Source of the DNA: Verrucomicrobiota bacterium | GTDB taxonomy: Bacteria; Verrucomicrobiota; Verrucomicrobiia; Verrucomicrobiales; Akkermansiaceae | Length of the DNA: 64,000 nucleotides | Reading direction: 5' to 3' | NCBI GenBank assembly: GCA_004293445.1 | Contig: RDYP01000001.1 | Span: forward strand, 270,754-334,753 | Shown here: piece by piece, positions 10,679-18,096 of the stretch | Layout of the letters: every line of letters begins with the position of its first letter | How positions within the stretch are numbered: the first letter of the stretch is position 1 | Position numbers and translations under genes: made by a program | The notes under the pieces: model-generated | Databases searched by the model: none | What the model was told of the DNA's origin: nothing | What the model saw: the letters and a program-made list of their open reading frames with translations, nothing else

Positions 10679-12238
10679 TTGCTCTTCAATTCCTACACCT
10701 TCCTACTTGTCTTTCTGCCAGTCGCGTTGCTCGGTTGGCACGCTCTTCGCAGAGCTCCTTTCCAGTGGGTATCCGGATGGCTTGTTCTGGTCTCCTTGGT
10801 CTTCTATGGCGTATGGAATCCGTCAACCCATGAACCCTGGACGCCCCGCTATGTCCTGCTCATTCTCGGTTCTTGTACTTCAAACTACCTCCTAGGCCAA
10901 AAACTCGCGCAACTCCAGCGATCTCCCTACAAGAGGCCCTCGCAACAGTTCGGCGTCCCATGTGAGACACAGAGTTCTTTCGCAAAGATCCTTTTAGCTG
11001 CAGGAGCAACAGGGAACCTGCTCCTACTCGGCTATTTCAAGTACACTGGATTTCTTGCCGGTATTGCTACTTCGCTCACTGGTTGGCCAGGCACGATCCC
11101 TCCGATCATCCTGCCTCTGGCCATATCATTTTTCACCTTCCTTCAAATTGCCTATCTGGTGGATGCATCTCGCGGCAAAACCCCAGGCTACAACTTCATT
11201 GACTACCTTCTTTTCGTCACATTCTTCCCCCATTTGATTGCCGGACCGCTGATCCATCATCAAGAGATGATGCCGCAGTTTCGTCGTTGTCGCCGCGGTT
11301 GGCATCGCGATTTCCCCGTTGCTCTTGGGATTTTTCTAGTGGGACTCTTCAAGAAGGTCGTCATCGCGGATAATCTTGCCCGGATCGCCAATCCTATCTT
11401 CACGCTCGCTGCAACCGATGGTCGGCCGCCCACAATGGCCGAGGCTTGGGTGGGGGCAACCGCTTACACACTCCAGCTCTACTTCGACTTTTCTGGCTAC
11501 TCGGACATGGCCATCGGCGCGGCCCGCCTGTTTGGTATCCGCTTTCCCCTTAATTTTCACTCACCCTACAAGGCGGATTCCATCGTCGACTTTTGGCGCC
11601 GTTGGCACATGACGCTTTCCCGTTTTCTCCGGGATTATCTCTACATCCCCCTGGGAGGAAATCGCAAAGGCGCTCCACGACGTTATGCGAACCTTTTTCT
11701 CACCATGCTTCTTGGTGGCGTCTGGCACGGAGCCGGATGGCCTTTCCTTATCTGGGGCGCCCTTCACGGAAGCTACCTCTGTGCGAATCATGCGTGGTGG
11801 AGCTTGCGAAAAGCGATGGCATGGTCCGCCGTTCCAAGACCGCTTGCTATCGGATTCACTTTTCTCGCCGTCCTCGTCGCTTGGGTGTTTTTTCGCGCCG
11901 ACAACCTTGAAAGTGCCTTTCGCATGCTTCAATCGATGGTCGGATGCCATGGCATTGATGGATGGCCAGACAAAGCGTCTCGAGTCATCGCCAGAGCAGA
12001 ACCCCTAAAGCTGCTACCGGCACTTATCGGCGTCTGGTTTCTGCCGAATACTCAAGAGATTTTCGCCCGGTATCGCCCCGCCCTGCGAGTTCATGGCGGA
12101 CCATTCCCATCATTCGGCCCCCGCCGTTGGTGGCAGTGGCGCCCGACACCACTGTTCGCGGCGGCTACATTACTCCTCGGAATTGCCACGGGCCTGCAAT
12201 TCGATAAGGTAAGCGAGTTCATTTACTTCCAGTTTTGA
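10679..12238 (+). CDS. MBOAT-family membrane O-acyltransferase (AlgI/DltB/PatA-like)
   Basis: 519 aa and polytopic. It has the canonical N-terminus MLFNSYTFLLVFLPV, encoded from a TTG start. The conserved His region reads FWRRWHMTLSRFLRDYLYIPLGGNR. Confidence 0.9.
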   Translation: MLFNSYTFLLVFLPVALLGWHALRRAPFQWVSGWLVLVSLVFYGVWNPSTHEPWTPRYVLLILGSCTSNYLLGQKLAQLQRSPYKRPSQQFGVPCETQSSFAKILLAAGATGNLLLLGYFKYTGFLAGIATSLTGWPGTIPPIILPLAISFFTFLQIAYLVDASRGKTPGYNFIDYLLFVTFFPHLIAGPLIHHQEMMPQFRRCRRGWHRDFPVALGIFLVGLFKKVVIADNLARIANPIFTLAATDGRPPTMAEAWVGATAYTLQLYFDFSGYSDMAIGAARLFGIRFPLNFHSPYKADSIVDFWRRWHMTLSRFLRDYLYIPLGGNRKGAPRRYANLFLTMLLGGVWHGAGWPFLIWGALHGSYLCANHAWWSLRKAMAWSAVPRPLAIGFTFLAVLVAWVFFRADNLESAFRMLQSMVGCHGIDGWPDKASRVIARAEPLKLLPALIGVWFLPNTQEIFARYRPALRVHGGPFPSFGPRRWWQWRPTPLFAAATLLLGIATGLQFDKVSEFIYFQF

Positions 12239-12241
12239 GCA

Positions 12242-13438
12242 GTGAAAAGCCTTAGACGCTTCCAGTTCTTTTTCTTGCTGCTCATTGGGGTCTTTCTCGT
12301 TGCAGCCTTCGTGCTCAATGTATGGGTCGATCCTTGGCGCGTGATTGGTTCGCGCTGGAGTTCACCGATGCTTGAACCCTATCGTTCGGTCGATATCGCA
12401 TGGAATCGAACCTGCAAAGCGGGGCTTGCACGCTCCGGGAGCTGGGACGCTGCAATCTTCGGATCCTCACGGGTCGATATCCAACTCGATCCCGAACACC
12501 CGGCTTTCAAAGGCATGCCATGCGCCAACCTCGGCCTCAATGCAGGCTCGTTAGAGGAAAATCATGCGCTGTTTCGTTACTACTCCGAACGGCAGAATCC
12601 ACGCCTCGTTGTAATCGCTGTCGATGCTGCTGACCTAAGCAACCCGCCGCCCATCCAAAGCTTCACGGATTTCCCGCTATCACCACTCGATCCCGACGCG
12701 AATGCCCTCGAGCGTGAGCTCCGCTACCGCGCTGGCGTTTCTACACTCGCCGCCAGCTTCTCGACTCTATCGCGCGCTATCCAAAAGAAGGAAGCTGAGC
12801 ACACACCGCAAGGATTTCGCCGTCGTGCCGTTTTCCCCGACCAGCAACGGCAGCTCATCGCCAGCCTCTATCTAGCAACCACCCATCGCATGGCAGTCAA
12901 ACACGCCACGCACGAACGATTGGACCCGCGCAAAGTAGCTATGATGGAGGACATTGTCCGCCGTTGCCGCGAACTCAATACTCGCTTGGTCATTTTCTTT
13001 ACTCCCAATCACGCCTTGTTCCAACTGGCATTCAGAGAACTCAGCCCGAACGATCCCTACTTTGAACGGGAACGCTGTTACCTCGCGGATCTCGCTGCAC
13101 GCGCCAATGCAGCAGCACCTGCATCTCCAGAGGTCGAGGTCTGGGATTTCCTCGATGGCCACCCGATCAATTCCCCCCCGCTCCCGTCTGCCGATGAACC
13201 AGGATCACACCTTGACGATTGGATCGATATCTTCCATGCAACCCCGGCGGTCGGGAGCAAAATGCTCGATCGACTTGAGGGGCCGGGCGACTATGGATGC
13301 CGTTTGTTCCCCGAGAATGTAGCCGAGCGCGTTGCCTTGGTACGCAGCCAGCTGGAGGACTACGCCAGCCGCCACCCCTCCGACATGGACTTCCTTCGTC
13401 AATCTCTCTCCAACTTCCAATCTCCCCCGAAACCGTGA
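12242..13438 (+). CDS. Membrane-anchored DltD-like (SGNH-like) protein
   Basis: 398 aa from a GTG start. It has one N-terminal TM segment (FFFLLLIGVFLVAAFVL). It carries a GSS motif (AIFGSSRVD) and a C-terminal DxxH (DIFH). This matches the size and architecture of DltD as I recall it, and the gene lies directly after the MBOAT. Confidence 0.45.
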   Translation: MKSLRRFQFFFLLLIGVFLVAAFVLNVWVDPWRVIGSRWSSPMLEPYRSVDIAWNRTCKAGLARSGSWDAAIFGSSRVDIQLDPEHPAFKGMPCANLGLNAGSLEENHALFRYYSERQNPRLVVIAVDAADLSNPPPIQSFTDFPLSPLDPDANALERELRYRAGVSTLAASFSTLSRAIQKKEAEHTPQGFRRRAVFPDQQRQLIASLYLATTHRMAVKHATHERLDPRKVAMMEDIVRRCRELNTRLVIFFTPNHALFQLAFRELSPNDPYFERERCYLADLAARANAAAPASPEVEVWDFLDGHPINSPPLPSADEPGSHLDDWIDIFHATPAVGSKMLDRLEGPGDYGCRLFPENVAERVALVRSQLEDYASRHPSDMDFLRQSLSNFQSPPKP

Positions 13439-13455
13439 CCCGCGCCGTTGTCGCC

Positions 13456-14298
13456 ATGATCAAGGGAGGGCTGGGCAACCAGCTCTTCGCCTACGCGGCT
13501 GCCCGCGCCTACGCCATCCGTACTCGGAGGGAGCTCTGGCTGGACGAGGTCTCAGGCTTTGGTCGCGATCAGTATGGTCGATCCTACAAGCTCGATCAGT
13601 TCCCTATCGCCGCCACTCCCGCCACACCACGCTGGCGTCTGGGCGACCCGAAAGGGCTCAAGCATAAGGCCATTCGCAGCATCAACAAACTTCTGCCCAA
13701 CCCCATCGGCGCCTATCTGGCTGAGGACCCCGAACTCCCGGAAACCCAACTCACCAGCTTCATCAGTACCCGCAAGGTCGTCCGACTCAACGGCTACTGG
13801 CAGAGCGAGAAATACTTTGCCGAGAGGGCATCAACCATCCGGCGGGAGCTACAGCCGCCACCCTTCACCGATGGTCCAGATGCCGATCTCGAAGCCGAAC
13901 TTGCCGCGACGCCGTCAGTCTTCGTTCACATTCGTCGCGACCGCTACTCGCCACGCCTCGGCTCCGGTTACTACGACTCGAGCATCACCTCGGCACTCTC
14001 GATGCTCGGCGGATGCCAGTTCTTTGTGTTTGGTGACGATCTCGACTGGGCCCGCCAATATCTCGACTTCCACGGCGCGCCGGTCCGCTACATCTCCGAC
14101 GGTGGGGATGACGAACTTCGGGACTTCCGCCTGATGGCCGCCTGTCGTCACGCGATCGTTGCCAACAGCTCCTTCAGTTGGTGGGCCGCCTGGCTCCGAC
14201 TCAATGCGGACAAGCGCGTCTGGACACCGAATAAACCGGGCTGGCCCCTCAAGCCCGCCGCGGAGTGGACCAAGGTCCCGAATCGCCTCGAATACTGA
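13456..14298 (+). CDS. Glycosyltransferase family 11 (alpha-1,2-fucosyltransferase-like)
   Basis: The N-terminus MIKGGLGNQLFAYAAARAY carries the GT11 GGLGNQ(L/M)FQYA signature. The C-terminal block reads IVANSSFSWWAAWL. An alternative GTG start at 13435 would overlap the upstream stop as GTGA. Confidence 0.8.
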   Translation: MIKGGLGNQLFAYAAARAYAIRTRRELWLDEVSGFGRDQYGRSYKLDQFPIAATPATPRWRLGDPKGLKHKAIRSINKLLPNPIGAYLAEDPELPETQLTSFISTRKVVRLNGYWQSEKYFAERASTIRRELQPPPFTDGPDADLEAELAATPSVFVHIRRDRYSPRLGSGYYDSSITSALSMLGGCQFFVFGDDLDWARQYLDFHGAPVRYISDGGDDELRDFRLMAACRHAIVANSSFSWWAAWLRLNADKRVWTPNKPGWPLKPAAEWTKVPNRLEY

Positions 14299-14372
14299 TC
14301 TAGAGTACCCCCATAGCCCCGCAAGGAAATGCATCCTTGTAGCAACTCGGGTATTGGCGCTTGGAGCTTGAA

Positions 14373-16811
14373 TCAACGGCGGTTTACGAAGCCCGACCTC
14401 GGACGAGCGCTCGCGCGACGAGGCCCCCCAGCCGACTCCCGAGCTGGTGTCTTTTCGTTTTCGGACGCCTTTCCATCGTTCAGCTCCGGCTTTGAGTTAG
14501 GAAGCTCCGAATCCACACCGGGTCCGTCGATGAATTCACGATTTTGCTCGTCCAATTTGTAACGCCCCTCCATGTCGCCCTGTCCCTGATACAGGGACTT
14601 GTCATCATTGATAATTTGCGGCTGAATGAAAATCAGCAATTCCTCGCGATCCTCCTTCTTAGAAGTACTTCCAAACAAGCTTCCCAAATATGGGAGCTGA
14701 CTAAGAATCGGAATACCAGCCCTAGTCTTGCTATCACGCGCTGTAATCAGCCCCCCAAGCACAATGGTCTCATTATTTGGAACAGTGACCGTAGTCACTA
14801 GCTCCCGGGTGGCAATAACTGGGACACTACCGACGCCCTCGATTTCATCCCTGTCCACAATCTCGTCATTCAGAAGATAGATCTGAAGTGTGACCTCATC
14901 CTTGGAGTTCACTAAGGGTATAACCTCCAATGAAAGCGCGACATCCCGATATTCAATATTGGTACTAGTTCCTCCCACAGTGCCACTAGTATAATTTGTA
15001 GTCGGCACCGCAACCTGCTGACCACTTTTGATTGTGCCCTTTTGATTGTTTGCCATAAAGACCGTTGGACGCGATATTACATTAAATCTCGAGCTATCCT
15101 GAAGCGCCTTGAGGTAAACATTCATGTATCGTCCGATTTTTCCGTAGATACCAAGACCCGGTGCGGCAGTAAAGTCTCCCGGGACGAATGCGGCACCATC
15201 CAGAGGAAGCGCCGCATTAGAACCACCACTTCCACCCTGCCCAGCAAAGGCATTGTTTCCACGGATATCGCGGTCAAGCGTCCTGAGATAGTCGACGCCA
15301 TAATCCAAATCATCCCCTAACGAGAGCTGGCCAAACACACAGGAGATCATGACCTGATCGGCCTTCACGTCGATTTTATCAAGTAGCTGATTGATGATTT
15401 CCACGCTCGCTGGAGGCCCTTGGATCACGATCGAGTTGGTGATGTTGTCGGCGACAAGCAAGGTTCGCCCGACCAGCAGAGAAGTCGGAGCACTGCTCAC
15501 ATTCGGCTCACCGAGAGAGCTCCCTCCGATCCCTCCGCCGCCGCCAGAGGTCCCGCCGAAGCCGCCTGTCGATCCACTACCGAAACTGCCATTGCCCGCC
15601 GTGGAATTCCGTCCAGAGCCCGCACCGCGCGTGCCACCGCCCTGAGCTCCACCGAAATTGGCTCCAGTTGGGCGCCCTCCGCCCGCGGAACCGCCACCGG
15701 CGCTGCCCCCTTCCGCACTGCCACTAAAAGCCCGTTGCAAGGCTTGCTCAGCCACCGGCAGGAAGTCCGCGACCGGTAGGAACTTCAGCTTCCGACTCAG
15801 AGAGTTTCGGGTGTCGCTCGGCGAATCGAAGCCCTTGATCAGGCCCTCGGCGAACACGATGTCGACCGGACGGCCCATCACAAAAATCTCGTTGGTCCGG
15901 GCATTGGGCACGATCTGAATCGGCACGTCCTCCCCCGCACCTCCGCCGTCCACCCCTGCAGCAGCGGTCGCGCCCGCCGCCGCATTTCCGATATTCGGCA
16001 CTCCGCCCCCCTGCACTGGCGTGGCTGGTTGTACCCGCTGAATCCCCGCCGAAGTCTGCCCCTGCTGTTGAGTGCCCAAGATCTCATTCAGGGTCTCTGA
16101 AAGCTCCTGAACGTCGGCATACTGGACTTTGATGAAGCGCGTCTCGACGTTCTGCGAGGCGACATCGATGGTCTCCTGCAACTCGATCAAGCTGCGGATC
16201 AAAGAGGTATTCTCCGTGATAATCAGCGAAGAAGCATTGGGCACCGCCACGATGGATCCAAAGTTGCCAAACTGCTTCACGATCGAAGTGAAGGCCCGGA
16301 CCATTTCATCCGGCTTGATGTATTTGAGCGTCATCACGTAGCGGACCACCTGCTCACCCTCCGGCAGATCGGCGGGGTCGGTGATCACCGCAAGGTCCTC
16401 GTCGGTGGGCGAAGCGACGCTCTGCGAATAAACCAGCTTGTCGTGATTCTCGCCCGAGGGAATGAAGACGAAGCCCTCCATCACCGCGGCAATCTTCAGC
16501 AATTCGGTCGCCTCGGCATAGGTGATCGGTCCTTTCTGAACGAAGCGGAACTCGGCCGCGATGGCCGCATTGCTCACGGTCACCCGGCGACCGGTGAGTT
16601 CGCTGTAGAGCTCCGCAAGCCGTTCGCCATTGATCTTCGGCTCGAGATAGCCGTCCTGCTTGACCTTTTCGGCAAGTCCTGCGGCAGGCAAAGGCGGGAC
16701 GGCGGCGGGCACTACCGGAGCACCTGCGGGAGCAGGTGAAACGGGAGCCTGAGCGGATGCGACGCCGGTCAAAAGCAGACCAGCGAGAAGAAGACGCGAG
16801 GTGGGCATCAT
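14373..16811 (-). CDS. gspD: Secretin (GspD/PilQ family) with Gly-rich insertions
   Basis: 812 aa. The signal peptide is MMPTSRLLLAGLLLTGVASAQA. N-domains are present. The C-terminal secretin core reads VTVPNNETIVLGGLI...GIPILSQLPYLGSLFG. Confidence 0.9.
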   Translation of the reverse strand: MMPTSRLLLAGLLLTGVASAQAPVSPAPAGAPVVPAAVPPLPAAGLAEKVKQDGYLEPKINGERLAELYSELTGRRVTVSNAAIAAEFRFVQKGPITYAEATELLKIAAVMEGFVFIPSGENHDKLVYSQSVASPTDEDLAVITDPADLPEGEQVVRYVMTLKYIKPDEMVRAFTSIVKQFGNFGSIVAVPNASSLIITENTSLIRSLIELQETIDVASQNVETRFIKVQYADVQELSETLNEILGTQQQGQTSAGIQRVQPATPVQGGGVPNIGNAAAGATAAAGVDGGGAGEDVPIQIVPNARTNEIFVMGRPVDIVFAEGLIKGFDSPSDTRNSLSRKLKFLPVADFLPVAEQALQRAFSGSAEGGSAGGGSAGGGRPTGANFGGAQGGGTRGAGSGRNSTAGNGSFGSGSTGGFGGTSGGGGGIGGSSLGEPNVSSAPTSLLVGRTLLVADNITNSIVIQGPPASVEIINQLLDKIDVKADQVMISCVFGQLSLGDDLDYGVDYLRTLDRDIRGNNAFAGQGGSGGSNAALPLDGAAFVPGDFTAAPGLGIYGKIGRYMNVYLKALQDSSRFNVISRPTVFMANNQKGTIKSGQQVAVPTTNYTSGTVGGTSTNIEYRDVALSLEVIPLVNSKDEVTLQIYLLNDEIVDRDEIEGVGSVPVIATRELVTTVTVPNNETIVLGGLITARDSKTRAGIPILSQLPYLGSLFGSTSKKEDREELLIFIQPQIINDDKSLYQGQGDMEGRYKLDEQNREFIDGPGVDSELPNSKPELNDGKASENEKTPARESAGGPRRASARPRSGFVNRR

Positions 16812-16830
16812 GAGGGAAATTGGTGCGAAA

Positions 16831-17457
16831 TTAACGACGTGGGATCTGGCCTTGACCCTGGCCTTGAACGGGATTCGGCGGTAAAACCCGCTGCCTTGGA
16901 GGACGAAGACCGGGCGGCTGAGGTTGGATCAGGCCAGGTGGATTCTGGATCGCTGGAACACCCGGTTGTCCAGGCTGCCCCGGAGGCCGATTGCCGACCG
17001 GAGCGGCGGAAGCTGCAGGAGCGATCAATTTATCATCGAACTCAACCGCCCCGACCCGCCCGTCGGACGAAAGCTGCACCTTCGTCGTCTTCCAGTCGCT
17101 GGATCCGAAGTCCACCCGCTCAACCTTGAAGCTGCCAGGATCGCCGGGCTTGAGATATTTCATCCCGTCCTTCCCGGTCGAAATGGTTCCACTGGGGCGG
17201 ATGATCTGGGTTTCACCGACGTTCTTTTTGTGAAGAAGAGTGACCATGTAGCCACCTTCGATCTCTGAGACTCCCCCAAGCGCCCAATCTTCAAAGGCAC
17301 TGAGCTCGGGCCCTCGCTCAGGTGCTGGCGGCTTGGAAGTGAAGGGCGAGTTCAACCAGAGCTGGGAATAGCTCGCCACGTTCTTCTTCTGAGGCGCCCC
17401 GGCGTGCACGATCACCGGCAGCATCAGCGAAAGGGAGATGACACGAAGCGCTTTCAT
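16831..17457 (-). CDS. Secreted hypothetical protein in the PilP/GspC position, with a Pro/Gln-rich C-terminus
   Basis: 208 aa. The signal peptide is MKALRVISLSLMLPVIVHA. It has a beta-rich core and the tail PPGQPGQPGVPAIQNPPGLIQPQPPGLRPP...QGQGQGQ. Its ATGA start overlaps the upstream gene. The functional assignment rests on gene position only. Confidence 0.6.
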   Translation of the reverse strand: MKALRVISLSLMLPVIVHAGAPQKKNVASYSQLWLNSPFTSKPPAPERGPELSAFEDWALGGVSEIEGGYMVTLLHKKNVGETQIIRPSGTISTGKDGMKYLKPGDPGSFKVERVDFGSSDWKTTKVQLSSDGRVGAVEFDDKLIAPAASAAPVGNRPPGQPGQPGVPAIQNPPGLIQPQPPGLRPPRQRVLPPNPVQGQGQGQIPRR

Positions 17458-18044
17458 GGATTCGAGGGAGTCGGAACCATCGCAGGATTGGACTCAGCTG
17501 CCGCCGCATCGGCCTCGTCCGCAGACAAAGGGACGAACCATTGGTCCACCTCCACGGTGCAATCGATCAGAGTATCGTCCTTCGCATCCGGTAACAGCCG
17601 AAGGAAAGTAATCGCCCTCAGCTGATCGGGCATCTGAAGGCGATCGAGCCAGCTGTACAGCGCCGCCTCCTTGCCGGTGACATTGAACTCCACCTTGGCG
17701 CGATGAAAATGCCGACCGGCTTCATCGACCGGCTTGATTGCCCGGCGTTTGACCGTGAGTTCGAAGGTGTTGGCCTGATTGAAGGCATACTGCTCCAGTT
17801 CGGTCCCCACGATCTGTCCGGCCCGGGCTTGGGGACGATGCTTCGCCAGCCACTCCATTTCACCCGCCACCGTCTCATACTTCGCGCTGTAGGCCTCGGC
17901 CATCTGCACGCTGCCTTCGGCCTCGATCCGCTGCGACTCCAGCTTGTCGTCTTGCTTGGAGAACCAAGAGATACCGAAAATGTTGAGAATCGCGAACGCA
18001 GCGAGGCCTAGCAGGAGCAGGAGTTTCTTTTCGCGGTCGCTCAT
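17454..18044 (-). CDS. Bitopic inner-membrane protein, GspM/PilO-like
   Basis: 196 aa. It has an N-terminal TM segment (LLLLLGLAAFAILNIFGISWF), then a coiled-coil and an alpha/beta C-terminal domain. It sits between the GspL-like gene and the secretin-proximal gene. Confidence 0.5.
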   Translation of the reverse strand: MSDREKKLLLLLGLAAFAILNIFGISWFSKQDDKLESQRIEAEGSVQMAEAYSAKYETVAGEMEWLAKHRPQARAGQIVGTELEQYAFNQANTFELTVKRRAIKPVDEAGRHFHRAKVEFNVTGKEAALYSWLDRLQMPDQLRAITFLRLLPDAKDDTLIDCTVEVDQWFVPLSADEADAAAAESNPAMVPTPSNP

Positions 18045-18096
18045 GAATTGTGGAGTCGGGAAGAAAATGCCGGAGGGTGCTGATTTTGTCAGTAAT

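Noticed and set aside
13297-13455. The 5' extension of the GT11 ORF (track start 13297), which overlaps the DltD-like gene by 142 nt.
   Set aside because: The extension is Pro/Arg/Ser-rich with no GT11 similarity. The family signature begins right after the ATG at 13456 (or the GTG at 13435).
14321-14340. A small hairpin CAAGGA-N6-TCCTTG between the convergent GT11 and secretin genes, considered as a terminator.
   Set aside because: It has only a 6-bp AT-containing stem and no U-tract, which is too weak to annotate. It may still contribute to termination.
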